A DNA stretch of 64,000 nucleotides. It comes from a virus. The stretch is from positions 1 to 64,000 of IMG/VR virus record IMGVR_UViG_3300036834_000189, one strand, 5' to 3'. The notes beneath the pieces were generated by a model. The model ran no database searches. It had not been told where the DNA came from and worked only from the letters and a program-made list of their open reading frames with translations. Numbering within the stretch: the first letter of the stretch is position 1; each line of letters starts with the position of its first letter. This document shows, piece by piece, positions 1 through 9,633 of this stretch. The translations under genes and the position numbers were made by a program.

Positions 1-1
1 C

Positions 2-442
2 GACGGCGACCGTTTTCGCTTCAACCACTATGCATTCTATCCGGCCGGCGACAATTCTTTCTATTGCGGCGCGCAAGGCGGCAATGTGTGGGCCGCTGTC
101 TACTCATACAACTTCGTCACTCAAAGCGACCTCAGGCACAAGACCGACATTGAAGACCTGCCCGACTGCCTCGCCGTCCTGCATGTCCTCAAGCCGAAAC
201 GCTTCCGCTTCAACAACGCGCGGCCCGAAGACGATGTCACGCACTGGGGTTTTGTCGCGCAGGATGTCGGCGCCGCGCTGGCCGGGCACGATTTCGGCGG
301 ACACCGCGTCGACAACAGCGGCGAGGAATCCATCAGTTACAACGAATTGACCGCGGTGCTCTGGAAAGCCTGCCAGGAAATGAGCGCGCAGAACGCCGCG
401 CTCGAAGCCCGTGTCGCGGCACTGGAGATGAGGGTACAGTAA
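2..442 (+). CDS. Tail fibre/tailspike C-terminus with intramolecular chaperone (peptidase S74-like) domain; 5' partial
   Basis: Frame is open from position 2. SDLRHKTDIEDL...LKPKRFRF...HWGFVAQDV motif followed by a C-terminal coiled coil (LEARVAALE). Confidence 0.85.
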   Translation, partial: DGDRFRFNHYAFYPAGDNSFYCGAQGGNVWAAVYSYNFVTQSDLRHKTDIEDLPDCLAVLHVLKPKRFRFNNARPEDDVTHWGFVAQDVGAALAGHDFGGHRVDNSGEESISYNELTAVLWKACQEMSAQNAALEARVAALEMRVQ

Positions 443-760
443 ATGACCAATCGCAGCGACCTCGACCAGATCGTGCGGCTCGAACAAGAGGCGCGGACCA
501 TCGCCCAAGGCCTCGACAACCTCGACGCCGGCTGCGTGATCACGTCGGTGGCGATCGGCGCGTCACCATACTCGCCGACGCCAAGTTTGACGTTGCCCGG
601 AACGATGGCGCCAGCACCGCCGATGCCGTCGACGCCGTCAATGACGGTAAGCGTGCCGGGGCCGATCACCGACAAGAAGCTGCTCAAAGATCTGCACACC
701 GCATTGACCGAGCGCCAGGACGAAATCACCCAACAACTCGCCGACCTAGGAGTGACCTGA
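443..760 (+). CDS. Hypothetical protein (tail-associated)
   Basis: Abuts the tail fibre stop codon (TAAATG). Confidence 0.6.
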   Translation: MTNRSDLDQIVRLEQEARTIAQGLDNLDAGCVITSVAIGASPYSPTPSLTLPGTMAPAPPMPSTPSMTVSVPGPITDKKLLKDLHTALTERQDEITQQLADLGVT

Positions 761-978
761 TGCAATACCAGCCGAACGACCCGATCACAATCACCTTGAC
801 CGCGCAGGAGTGGACGATTGCGCTCGGCGTACTCGAAACCGGGCCGTACCGCACCGTCGCCCCGCTGATCACCAGGATCAACGAGCAGGCGCAGGGCGGA
901 AATACCGCGCCGGGCAGTGCGCTTGACGGCCAAGGCGGCAAAGCGCTCCCTCACCCGAACTCGCTGAATGGGTGTTAG
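760..978 (+). CDS. Hypothetical protein
   Basis: TGATG coupling with the upstream gene. Confidence 0.55.
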   Translation: MQYQPNDPITITLTAQEWTIALGVLETGPYRTVAPLITRINEQAQGGNTAPGSALDGQGGKALPHPNSLNGC

Positions 979-1180
979 GTCATCCATTTCCGCGGTGCTG
1001 TTGCTGCTGCTGGCCGGCTGCAAGGGCATCGAGGGAGGGGCCTCTACGGGCGGCTGTATAGCCGGCGAAGCGGCGGCCTCGAACGCCCCGACGACAGGCA
1101 CCCTGGCCGCCCCCAAAGGACTGACGACGTTCAATTTTTCAGCGCCGCCAGGGACCAATTTCGCGCTGTGCGTCTGGTAA
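968..1180 (+). CDS. Small lipoprotein
   Basis: Lipobox LLLLLAG-C after a short signal peptide. Confidence 0.5.
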   Translation: MGVRSSISAVLLLLLAGCKGIEGGASTGGCIAGEAAASNAPTTGTLAAPKGLTTFNFSAPPGTNFALCVW

Positions 1181-1190
1181 TGTTAACCAT

Positions 1191-1451
1191 TCAAAATTGG
1201 ATGACGATGCCGAGGCACGGCAGCGGCAGCACATAGAGCCGCCGCCGCTCGCGATCCCAGAACAGACCGACCCACAAGTCGTACCACGCGATCACGACAG
1301 ACCAGCGGCGGCGTGGAGGCGACGCGGTGACCGCGCCGCCCCACCCCACCACTTCCCACCGCAAAGGCTTAAGGTCGTGCATTCGGGTTCCGGCTCGTGT
1401 AATGATTTTGTTGGGCATGGCTGACCCTTTCCCTACGGTCGGCGATGTCAA
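1191..1451 (-). CDS. Hypothetical protein (start uncertain)
   Basis: ORF with a Trp-rich C-terminus (AWYDLWVGLFWD...LYVLPLPCLGIVIQF). Confidence 0.45.
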   Translation of the reverse strand: MTSPTVGKGSAMPNKIITRAGTRMHDLKPLRWEVVGWGGAVTASPPRRRWSVVIAWYDLWVGLFWDRERRRLYVLPLPCLGIVIQF

Positions 1452-1574
1452 GGGCGGCGCGGTGCTTCAACATCACGTCGTCCAGCTCGGGAAAGTGTAG
1501 CATAACATTTCTATGCTGCGAGTGGGGGACGCAGCCTAGCTCTTCTGGGTTCCCCCATCCCTCAGAACGGAGCA

Positions 1575-2405
1575 GTGCAAATGCCGGTTTATGATGCAGT
1601 CATCGTTGGCAAGGTGTATCTTCCCGAGGTCGGCGGCGGGCCGATCTATCCGCCGGAACAACCGCCGGGTGTCCCCGTATACCCCGCTCATCCAATCGTA
1701 CTACCACCGGGTGAGCCGGCTCACCCGATCGTCATTCCACCCGATGCGATTGCGCCAGGGGTGCCGGCTCACCCGATCTACCTTCCGGTGCACCCCATGC
1801 ACCCGATCGTCATCCCGCCGGGCTCGCTGGCTCCGGGAGTGCCGACGCATCCGATTGTACTACCGCCTCCAGGAGTACCGGAACACCCGATTGTCATCCC
1901 ACCGGATGCGGTTGGGCCGGGTGTGCCTTCCCATCCGATCGTATTGCCACCGGTACCGCCGCTGGGCATTTGGGGACCCACCGATCCGCGCCCGACACCG
2001 CCGATCTTCATTCCACCCGATGCGGTTTCACCGGGTGTACCCTCCCATCCGATCTACCTGCCGCCACCGGGGTCGCCAGCCCACCCGATTGTCATCCCGC
2101 CGGATGCGGTTGCCCCGGGTGTACCGACCCATCCAATCGTGCTTCCGCCTGTGCCTGGTTATCCGGCCCATCCGATCGTCATTCCACCCGATGCGATTGC
2201 CCCTGGGGTGCCAACCCATCCAATCGTCCTGCCGCCTCCCGGTGGCGGAGAGGGAGGCGAGGGAGAAGACCAGGGGTTGGTGGAATGGAAGATTGTCTGG
2301 ACCTTGCGAACCGGCTGGACTGTCGTAGGGGTGCCAAACGTACCGCATCCGGCACCAAGCCGGTCGGCTCCAGCAAGCCCCCCAGCAGAAGGCCGCCGCG
2401 GTTAG
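1575..2405 (+). CDS. Proline-rich repeat protein (~13 x [AST]HPI[VY][IL]PP)
   Basis: Repeats have synonymous codon variation. GGAG SD upstream and a terminator downstream. Confidence 0.8.
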   Translation: MQMPVYDAVIVGKVYLPEVGGGPIYPPEQPPGVPVYPAHPIVLPPGEPAHPIVIPPDAIAPGVPAHPIYLPVHPMHPIVIPPGSLAPGVPTHPIVLPPPGVPEHPIVIPPDAVGPGVPSHPIVLPPVPPLGIWGPTDPRPTPPIFIPPDAVSPGVPSHPIYLPPPGSPAHPIVIPPDAVAPGVPTHPIVLPPVPGYPAHPIVIPPDAIAPGVPTHPIVLPPPGGGEGGEGEDQGLVEWKIVWTLRTGWTVVGVPNVPHPAPSRSAPASPPAEGRRG

Positions 2406-2497
2406 AGGAACCGCGGCTTTCGGCTCGTGAGCGACGCCGATTGCGGCGTCGCCTGCGTCGCGAAACGCGCCGAAAGTAGAAGTTCCTCCCAAACTCG

Positions 2498-2538
2498 AAA
2501 CTGGCTCCGGGGAGTTTCTCGGAGCCAGTTTTTTTTTT
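2498..2538 (+). terminator. Rho-independent terminator
   Basis: AAACTGGCTCCG-loop-CGGAGCCAGTTT stem followed by a T10 run. Confidence 0.85.
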
Positions 2539-2589
2539 GGCTCGACTGAGCCCCCGTGGAGCCCCGCTGAGCGCCGGGAGCCGCAACGG

Positions 2590-3126
2590 CTACTTAGCCA
2601 CGGCCGAGCCCGCGACAGCGGCTGTAGAGCCAGCAGATGCGGCCGGATCGCGTTGGTGCACGTGTTTGGCATGGGTGGCGCACCACGCCGTGCCGGTCGT
2701 GCACGGCGCGCCGCAGTAAGTCCAGCCCGGCTGCGTCGGATCACCGTCGATCCACCGGCAGCCGGTCTGTTGCACCTGCGACCAGTTGAGCCGCGCCCCG
2801 AGCTGGTCCACGGACGCCGGCAGGCGACGGTGCATGAGCCCGGCGATCGCGCTCCTTGTCGTGTCGAGTGCGTCGGCGATCTGGGTATAGCTCTGTCCCT
2901 GACGACGCAGCTCCAGCGCCTGCGTGATGCGTTCCGGGGGCCATTGGGGGCTAAAGAAGGGTCTGTCCCAGTCCGGTTGTCGCGCGCGGTACAGCATATT
3001 GCGAATCGCGCCGATACCCAGGCCGAGTTCGCGGGCGATCAGCACCGGTCCCTTGCCCGCCGCCCGCAGTTCGAGCACGTAGGCGGCGCGCTCGGGCGTC
3101 CACCAATGGGGCCGGCGCAGGGTCAT
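2590..3126 (-). CDS. gcrA: GcrA-like cell-cycle regulator (duplicated N-terminal HTH)
   Basis: Two WxxER...ELR..G.S...IA..LG HTH units, TRSAIAGLMHR, and a C-terminal CRWIDGDP...YCG...WCATH GcrA motif. Confidence 0.8.
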   Translation of the reverse strand: MTLRRPHWWTPERAAYVLELRAAGKGPVLIARELGLGIGAIRNMLYRARQPDWDRPFFSPQWPPERITQALELRRQGQSYTQIADALDTTRSAIAGLMHRRLPASVDQLGARLNWSQVQQTGCRWIDGDPTQPGWTYCGAPCTTGTAWCATHAKHVHQRDPAASAGSTAAVAGSAVAK

Positions 3127-3140
3127 GGTGCTTGCCTTAC

Positions 3141-3686
3141 CTATTTTGGCTCGCTCTCAGCGCCTTTGGGGAAATTGAGGTAGGCGAACTCGCCGTAAAA
3201 CTCAACTGCTTTCTCGTCGTAAGCGCGAGCGGCTTCTTCAGCGCTGGCGAAGGTGCCGATACAGCGGTGGTTGATTTGCGCATACCAAGGCTTTTTTAGT
3301 CGGTATGTGGTATTGGAATAATATACGCCTTTATAATTGCTGCTTGTTTTATTGTAATCCTTCGGGCGGTTCATCCCGTTTTGTGAGACAGTGGCAAGGC
3401 GTAAATTCGTCCATATGTTGTCGAGACTGTTGAGGTTGTGGTGGTCAACTTGATGCGGCGGCCATTCTCCCGTCATCAGGAGCCATGCGATGTGGGTAGC
3501 CGGATATGATCGGCCTAGTATTCGAATTGCGAGATAGAACTTACCGGGGCTGTGTTCTTTGATGTTGCCAGCCAAAGCTCCGGCGCCGCATCTACCGTGT
3601 GGTTTTATCCAGTGGAATTCACCGGTCCCGGGGTCGTAATCGAGATATTCGGCAACCGGTTCGCGTCCCGGTCTATCTTTTAACAT
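3141..3686 (-). CDS. HNH homing endonuclease with AP2 DNA-binding domain
   Basis: YDPGTGEFHW, VDHHNLNSLDNIWTNLRLAT, YKGV...IGTFASAEEAARAYD...GEFAYLNFP. Confidence 0.88.
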   Translation of the reverse strand: MLKDRPGREPVAEYLDYDPGTGEFHWIKPHGRCGAGALAGNIKEHSPGKFYLAIRILGRSYPATHIAWLLMTGEWPPHQVDHHNLNSLDNIWTNLRLATVSQNGMNRPKDYNKTSSNYKGVYYSNTTYRLKKPWYAQINHRCIGTFASAEEAARAYDEKAVEFYGEFAYLNFPKGAESEPK

Positions 3687-4662
3687 TGATCACCCGATGA
3701 AGAGTTTCACCTTTTCCCCGAACATACGGCGTTACTACCCAATGACGGTCGCCGCGCCGGCCGAGGTAGCTGCTCACGCAATGCACTCTGGGCGACTTAC
3801 GCGTGTAGCCGAGCGGCTGGTTGGCGACGAGTCGTTCGATGCGCTTGTCGTCGAGGTGCATTGTCACCCGCGTGTGATCCAGCAATAGCGTCCTGCCCTT
3901 CTGGCGGCGGGTCCTGTTGAGCTTGGCGAGGCTGACTGGTGTGTAGTCGATGATCGGACGGCTGGCGGTCAGCAATAGCAGTGTCGCCCACACCATGATG
4001 TACTCGCCCACCACATCGGCATAGCAGAACGCCTCGTGCGCCGCATCGTTTAGGACAGCGAGAAAGTCACGGCCCCAGTTGCTGGGCCGGTGCTCGGCGG
4101 TGCGCCAGATCGCCAGCAACGCCTCCAGCTGGGGCGGGTTGTCCTGCCACAGCGTCCCGAGGTTCCCGTTCAGCAGGCCGTGCAGCTGGTGCTTCGACAT
4201 CGGGTGGTCGCGGTCGAGGTCGAAAAAACAGCCGATCGGCGCGATGTTGGCGGGATCGCCGCTCCTGTGCCACGCCCAGGTCACGGTGCCGCGCCGCCCG
4301 CTCGCCTCGCATTCGAGCAGAAAGCCGGTGTGGCTGGGCACCGGGCGGGTGATGTCGTTGGTGGTCGTGTCCATCCAGCCAAACACCTTGCGCAGTTTCT
4401 CGCGCCCGCTTTCCGGCCATTCGACCCACAGTCGTCGATACGGCACCCGGATGTGGCGGATCGCCTCCAACAGCACCTTGGGGCGACCGAGGGTCAGCTC
4501 CACTGCGGTGGCGATCGACGCCTCGTCGAACAGGTAGCGCGGCGTACCGGCGAAACGCTGGACGAGATCGGGGTAGATCGTCATCACCGGGTCGGCGGTC
4601 GCGGTCGGGCTGGCCGCGAGAAGGTCTGTGGTGGCGGCAATCGAGTCCATGAGGTAGGTCAT
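3673..4662 (-). CDS. Hypothetical phage protein
   Basis: 329-aa ORF in the minus-strand operon, ending in SPRVHCVSSYL...WVVTPYVRG. Confidence 0.65.
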   Translation of the reverse strand: MTYLMDSIAATTDLLAASPTATADPVMTIYPDLVQRFAGTPRYLFDEASIATAVELTLGRPKVLLEAIRHIRVPYRRLWVEWPESGREKLRKVFGWMDTTTNDITRPVPSHTGFLLECEASGRRGTVTWAWHRSGDPANIAPIGCFFDLDRDHPMSKHQLHGLLNGNLGTLWQDNPPQLEALLAIWRTAEHRPSNWGRDFLAVLNDAAHEAFCYADVVGEYIMVWATLLLLTASRPIIDYTPVSLAKLNRTRRQKGRTLLLDHTRVTMHLDDKRIERLVANQPLGYTRKSPRVHCVSSYLGRRGDRHWVVTPYVRGKGETLHRVINVKR

Positions 4663-4818
4663 TTCTTGGTTGTCTTCCTCACGGCTTTGGCGGCGAGGCG
4701 GCGCTGGTTGCGCGCGGAGGGCTGGGCTCCAGCCTGTCGGCTTGGTGCTGAGGGCAGCCCTTTCTCCAGGTGGCGGGCGGTTCCTTTCATTGGGGTTCCT
4801 TTCATTGTCCCTAGCCGG

Positions 4819-6567
4819 TCAAAAAGGTATCTCTGCGTCGTCGCGCAGGGACCGGTCATCGGTCGCGGCGGGACGCCCAGCAGCGTCGAGCAGCGCCTGC
4901 TCGTCCTCGGACAACGCGACTTGCTGGGTCGGATTGTCGAGTGTCGCATCGATCACCGCCTGCTTCTCGACGATCAGCGTCGCCATCCGCGCGTCGACCG
5001 AACTGTCAAACACCAGATGCTGGACCAGGACGCTGTCGCGCTGACCGATACGATGGCAGCGGTCTTCCGCTTGGCTGACATTGCCGGGGGTCCAGTCCAG
5101 CTCGCCGAACACGACATGGCTTGCCGCGGTCAAGGTGATCCCGACGCCGGCAGCGGTGATGCTGCCGATAAACAGCAAGCAGTTCGGGTCGTTCTGGAAG
5201 CGGTCGACTTCGCCCTGGCGCTTGGCCATCGCCGTCTCGCCGGTCACTACCGCGGCGCCGGGGAACGCTTCGCGGAGCGCCTTCACGACATCATGATGAT
5301 GCACAAAGCAGACGACCTTGTCACCGGTTTCGAGGCAGTCGCGCAGATGCTCGATCAGGTGCGGGATCTTGGCGACCGCAGTGTCGTGGCGGCGGCGGCT
5401 CATCTCTTCAAAAGCCACGCCTTGCGCCTGCCGCAGCTTGCGGACGGCGGCTTCGTACTCGGCTTTGTCGCCCCGCATCTTGGCAGCGGCGAGCATGTGA
5501 CGGGCATCGCGCAGCGCGACTTCGTGGCGCGTGTGCGCTTCGTTCTCGGCCCGCACGACGCTGGCCGCGCCGTTTGCCGAGAGATTGATGATCATCCGCC
5601 GCTTCGCCGGCAGCTCGGTCAATACATCGGCTTTCTTGCGGCGCACCATGAACTTGGCGCGCATCCGGGTCTGCAGTTCTTCGAGGTTGGCAGCGCCGTT
5701 GAAATCCCAGCCGTAGCCACTGTTCGTCGCATTGGTGTAGCGGAACATGAACTTGGTGAACGACGCTCCGAGATCGTGCGGGTCGAGCGAGCGCACCAGC
5801 GGCCACAACTCGTTTGGGCGATTGACGACCGGTGTCCCGGTCATGAAGATCCGCCGACGTGCGGCGATCGGCTTGTCAAAGCCCTTTTCGCGGTCGGCAT
5901 TGGTGGCGCGGTCGGTGCCGAGCAGCGCCCGGGTCCGCTGCGCCTTCTGATTTTTTGCATAATGCGCTTCGTCGGCGACCAGCAGATCCCAGCGCCGCGC
6001 GTCGATCAGCCGCCGAATCTTGGTTATCGTCTCCCATGACGCGATGACGATCGCCGTGTCGGGGAGGTTGTCGCCCGTCGCGATCGCGATCGACATCGGG
6101 CGGACCAGCCATTTGGTCAACTCGCGCTGCCAGTTGGTGCGCAACGTGGCGGGGCAGACGATCAAGATTGTCGCGATCGTCGGGTCGGCGTTGACGACCC
6201 CGATCGCCTCGATGGTCTTGCCCAGCCCCATCTCGTCGGCGATCAGGACGTTGGCGCGGCTCATCGCATAGGCGATGCCGGCCTTCTGATAGCCGAGATA
6301 AGCGAGACCCTGGGGCACTGGAACAGCGATGTCGGCGTCTTCGGCCCGGCTCTGCGCGATCGAGCGGTTGACTGCCGCCACTGCAGCGGCGGCGGTCTTG
6401 GGGTCGAGACGCGCCGCGATGCTCGCGTCAAGGGTGTACCAGACTTTTGCCTGTCCGTCGAAGCGGAACCCGGCATTCTTCACGATATCCTTCGTCTCGT
6501 ACGAGAACGCAAACCGGGCGATCCAGCGGTCGCCTTTCTTGACAACGGTGATGGGTGACAGCGGCAT
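4819..6567 (-). CDS. SNF2-family (HARP/SMARCAL1-like) helicase
   Basis: IADEMGLGKT, DEAH, TGTPVVNRPNELW, GVGITLT, QAEDRCHRIGQ. Confidence 0.92.
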   Translation of the reverse strand: MPLSPITVVKKGDRWIARFAFSYETKDIVKNAGFRFDGQAKVWYTLDASIAARLDPKTAAAAVAAVNRSIAQSRAEDADIAVPVPQGLAYLGYQKAGIAYAMSRANVLIADEMGLGKTIEAIGVVNADPTIATILIVCPATLRTNWQRELTKWLVRPMSIAIATGDNLPDTAIVIASWETITKIRRLIDARRWDLLVADEAHYAKNQKAQRTRALLGTDRATNADREKGFDKPIAARRRIFMTGTPVVNRPNELWPLVRSLDPHDLGASFTKFMFRYTNATNSGYGWDFNGAANLEELQTRMRAKFMVRRKKADVLTELPAKRRMIINLSANGAASVVRAENEAHTRHEVALRDARHMLAAAKMRGDKAEYEAAVRKLRQAQGVAFEEMSRRRHDTAVAKIPHLIEHLRDCLETGDKVVCFVHHHDVVKALREAFPGAAVVTGETAMAKRQGEVDRFQNDPNCLLFIGSITAAGVGITLTAASHVVFGELDWTPGNVSQAEDRCHRIGQRDSVLVQHLVFDSSVDARMATLIVEKQAVIDATLDNPTQQVALSEDEQALLDAAGRPAATDDRSLRDDAEIPF

Positions 6568-6578
6568 TTGACGCTCCT

Positions 6579-6631
6579 GAGTGCTCGATTGCCCTCGCCC
6601 TCTTATATAACGTGATAAACGAAAAAGTCAA
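6579..6631 (-). promoter_or_regulatory. Sigma70-type promoter plus conserved leader hairpin
   Basis: TTGACT-N16-TATATA, then GAGGGC-AATCGA-GCACTC, then an AGGAG SD. Confidence 0.7.
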
Positions 6632-6913
6632 GCAGTTTTCTCGTTGAAACCTTGAAGCGCTTTTCCGGGGTTTATCGGTCAAGTTCGGCGCAGAAGGCCC
6701 ATGCGCACGGTCCCTCCTTCATGGAGACCTCGATTTGGCGAATTATCTCGTCGACCTTATCGGGCGTCAATCGCTCGCCGCAGTGCGCGGTCAAGATATT
6801 CCTAATTTCAAAGTTGCGCGTTGCCTCTGCGTCGTTAAACTTTTCAGACATATTTGCTTCCCTTTGACACTGCCTCCGCATCCGCCCCTCGTGCAGCGGC
6901 GGCGATCGCGCGA

Positions 6914-7138
6914 TCATCGTCGCACGCCGCCGAAGGCCGAGCATGCCCGCTGCGCCTGCCGTAGAGCAAGCTCGTCGCAGTAGCCCCGTACACAGGCCAG
7001 CGCGATGCGGTCGGCCTCCAGGCAGGCGTCCTCGCGGGCGTGGACGCGATCCCAGTCGAACGCCTCGCTCGCGCGCGCCGGGGCAGCGGTGGCGAGCGCT
7101 CCGATGACCCAAAGAAGGGCGAGGAGTACCGGCTTCAT
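6914..7138 (-). CDS. Small secreted protein
   Basis: Signal peptide MKPVLLALLW...ARA and four Cys. Confidence 0.5.
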   Translation of the reverse strand: MKPVLLALLWVIGALATAAPARASEAFDWDRVHAREDACLEADRIALACVRGYCDELALRQAQRACSAFGGVRR

Positions 7139-7344
7139 CCCCGTGTCTCGTTTTCCCAGTGATCCAGGAGTTCGTTGGTGCCGTTGTCGACTAGAGCGAT
7201 AGCGGACGCCTTCCGGTGGGTCTGCGCGAGTGCGCAGTATTCCGCAAAGACCGCCCTCGCCTCGGCGATGTTGGTGCGTTCGTCGCGGTGCTCCTGACCG
7301 TCGTAGTCGATCAGGATCGTGTAGTTGCAGGTCGTGTCGGTCAT
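7135..7344 (-). CDS. Hypothetical protein
   Basis: GAGGAG SD before MTDTTC; ATGA overlap with the neighbouring gene. Confidence 0.55.
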   Translation of the reverse strand: MTDTTCNYTILIDYDGQEHRDERTNIAEARAVFAEYCALAQTHRKASAIALVDNGTNELLDHWENETRG

Positions 7345-7589
7345 TGTCGATTTACTCCTCTTGTTCCCAGGATGGCGCGCCCCACCAGTGCGGCGTGTGC
7401 CAGACGTGGCCGCTTGGGGTGACTCGGTAACATTCCTCGGTCGCGATCTTCGACGATCACGCTGTGCTTGCGCTCGCGGGCGAGGTAACGGGCGGTGTTG
7501 ATTGTCGCGTCGCACATCGCCTGCGACTGGACCCCGTCCGTCAGGACGTGGGCCGTTCGCATGTCGTAAATTGTGCTGTAGCTCATCAC
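7341..7589 (-). CDS. Hypothetical protein
   Basis: Coupled ORF in the early operon. Confidence 0.45.
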   Translation of the reverse strand: MMSYSTIYDMRTAHVLTDGVQSQAMCDATINTARYLARERKHSVIVEDRDRGMLPSHPKRPRLAHAALVGRAILGTRGVNRQ

Positions 7590-7990
7590 AAAGACCTTTC
7601 GGCTTCATACTTGGCTTCCGCTTCGGCAGCTTCGCGCCACTGGCGCTGCCGATCGGCGAGTTGCGCAATCTGCTCGGGCGAGCGGACCAGCCCGTGCGAC
7701 TCGACAATGGCGAAGGTCCGCCGACTTGCCGCGACATAGCCGCCGTTGCAGGTCAAGCACGTCGCCCGGCTCGCCGCTGGCTTGACGCCGCACCACGCGC
7801 AGCGGATCGCGCCGCCGTAGCACGCCGGGTCGCCCCAGGCCCCGCATTCGGGGCATTCGGGGCAGATGCAGTCGACCTCGGGTAAGCCGCCGCACACCTC
7901 GCACGGCGTGTCGAGACCAAGCGCCTCGTCGATCATCCGGCTGGTGCAGCCGGGCGGCAGATTGAAACCGGTCATTGGGCAGTCTCCCAT
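7586..7990 (-). CDS. Cys-rich (zinc-binding) hypothetical protein
   Basis: Multiple CxxC motifs (CEVC, CICPECPEC, CAWC, CLTC). Confidence 0.55.
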   Translation of the reverse strand: MGDCPMTGFNLPPGCTSRMIDEALGLDTPCEVCGGLPEVDCICPECPECGAWGDPACYGGAIRCAWCGVKPAASRATCLTCNGGYVAASRRTFAIVESHGLVRSPEQIAQLADRQRQWREAAEAEAKYEAERSL

Positions 7991-8184
7991 TTCTTGTCGT
8001 GTATGGCGAAGCGGGAACGGTCGCCGAAGTTCTCGGCAATCTCCAATCGGTAGGAATCCAGGTGCGCAGTGGAAGACAGCCGCGCTTTCTCAGCCCATCT
8101 GCGCGCCTCGGTGAAAGTGACGAAAGCGCGAACGACGCTCTCCCGTCCGTTGACTATGGCGATTACCGAAAAAGGCGGTTTCAT
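7972..8184 (-). CDS. Hypothetical protein
   Basis: AAGGAG SD and coupled ORF. Confidence 0.5.
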   Translation of the reverse strand: MKPPFSVIAIVNGRESVVRAFVTFTEARRWAEKARLSSTAHLDSYRLEIAENFGDRSRFAIHDKKWETAQ

Positions 8185-8372
8185 TTGTAGCTCCTTTTGA
8201 GGATGTCGCGTGCGGCGTTGATCGCCGCCATCAGCTCGGCTCCGCGCGGGTTGCGGTCCGGGTGGTAGCGTCTGGCGAGCGCGAAATAGGCGGTTTTGAA
8301 CTCGCGGACAGCGAGCGCATGCGCGTCGACCCCGAGCCGCCGGAACAGCATGATCGCATCGGTCTCAGTCAT
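8181..8372 (-). CDS. Stand-alone J-domain (DnaJ-like) protein
   Basis: FKTAYFALARRYHPDRNP...MAAINAARDIL with the HPD motif. Confidence 0.8.
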   Translation of the reverse strand: MTETDAIMLFRRLGVDAHALAVREFKTAYFALARRYHPDRNPRGAELMAAINAARDILKRSYK

Positions 8373-8541
8373 CGAGCCCCTCCTGGGATCTCCCTCACCG
8401 GGCATTCGTCGATGTCGCGTTGAGCAACAGCGTAGGCGTCGTCCTCGGTCTTGTAGGGACCGTCAAACCGGCCAAACTGATCGCATACCCACCAGCCGTG
8501 CTCGTCGTCCTCGACGTGGAGTTCCTTCGGGACATAGACGC

Positions 8542-9186
8542 TCATTTCGTCGGTCTCCTGAGAACCGGACGCCTATGCAGCCGAGCCATCCGGCCATCAA
8601 GAATCATGTGACAGGATCGACATACCCCCATGATGTTGTCGTCGGAGTTGTTAAGGGGGTTGTCGTCGAGGTGATGTCGATCGATCGCGGGCTTTATGCC
8701 GCATCGCTCGCAAAGACCGAGCTGCTTGCGGCGTCTGGCTCGGTCGTTACCTTGACTTGGTCTAGTAGAGGTAAGGTGGTTCCAGAAGGGGTTTTTTTCC
8801 CCTACCATGGATTTGGTGTAGCATTCTTTGCATTGGCGTACTGAGGCGTGCCAAGTCGATTTCCCGCACTGCTCGCAGACGCCTTTTCTAGTTCGGCCAC
8901 CGCGCCAGTTTGGATTTTTCGATCCTGCATGATCGTGTTTGATATTTCGCGAGGTTTCGACGACGAGGCAACCACAGCTTCGTGTTCTTCCACTATGTAG
9001 AGCATCAATAGAGACTTGTTTGGTTCCGCCACAGTCACACTGACAAATCCAAAGACGTGGACCGAGATCGTCGAGATTGCGGGGGCCTCCGCCCCCGCCC
9101 CTTGACAAAAGACGGCGCCTGGGTGCTAATTCGAGCACTACTAAGCGCCCAAATCGTTGTCCGGTTAGATCGATCGGACTTGGCAT
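8542..9186 (-). CDS. HNH endonuclease with NUMOD-like N-terminus
   Basis: DLTGQRFGRLVVL, WICQCDCG, SCGC, CERCG...HHLDDNPLNNSDDNIMGVCRSCH. Confidence 0.8.
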   Translation of the reverse strand: MPSPIDLTGQRFGRLVVLELAPRRRLLSRGGGGGPRNLDDLGPRLWICQCDCGGTKQVSIDALHSGRTRSCGCLVVETSRNIKHDHAGSKNPNWRGGRTRKGVCEQCGKSTWHASVRQCKECYTKSMVGEKNPFWNHLTSTRPSQGNDRARRRKQLGLCERCGIKPAIDRHHLDDNPLNNSDDNIMGVCRSCHMILDGRMARLHRRPVLRRPTK

Positions 9187-9187
9187 T

Positions 9188-9619
9188 TTACAGTCCCATT
9201 AGGGCGCGACATTCTGGTCCAAGTCCAGTATCCACCGACGAAGGAACTGTTAGCTTGCGGCCACAGCGCCCGCATGACCCTTCGTGGCGGATCTCCATCT
9301 CCGGGGGCATCCGGTCCTGCGCGATGTGCTTCCAGAAAAACTGGAACGCCCGCACCGGGATGCTGTCGGCGCTGTACTTCGACTTGGCGGTGAGCCGGAA
9401 GCCCGCCGTGTCGTTCAGCATCCCCATGTACTGGTAGTCGACATAGTTGTCAGGGCCGGTCAGCAGCCCGACGAACCACACGTCTTTAGGGTTGCCCGCG
9501 TCATCCTCGGCGCGCCTGATCTTGTAGGTGTAGCGGGCGCCGGTGCGCTCGCTGCTGAGCGTGATCGTGGCGTTGCCCGCCAGCGTGTAGGTTTTGACAT
9601 CGGCTGTGTCGTGGAACAT
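9188..9619 (-). CDS. DUF6011-like zinc-finger phage protein
   Basis: HEGSCGRCGRKLTVPSSVDTGLGPEC C-terminus. Confidence 0.7.
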   Translation of the reverse strand: MFHDTADVKTYTLAGNATITLSSERTGARYTYKIRRAEDDAGNPKDVWFVGLLTGPDNYVDYQYMGMLNDTAGFRLTAKSKYSADSIPVRAFQFFWKHIAQDRMPPEMEIRHEGSCGRCGRKLTVPSSVDTGLGPECRALMGL

Positions 9620-9633
9620 CGTGAGACTCCGGT

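Noticed and set aside
2405-2488. Hammerhead ribozyme
   Set aside because: A three-way junction is present but the CUGAUGA core is absent.
3147-3156. Isolated TGGCTCGCTC at the end of the HNH gene
   Set aside because: Single copy inside coding sequence with no properly spaced loop repeat.
4090-6039. Long antisense ORFs (also 21404-23557, 51034-53043, 18966-20468, 61766-62956)
   Set aside because: These are shadow or alternate frames of well-supported high-GC genes and carry no motifs.
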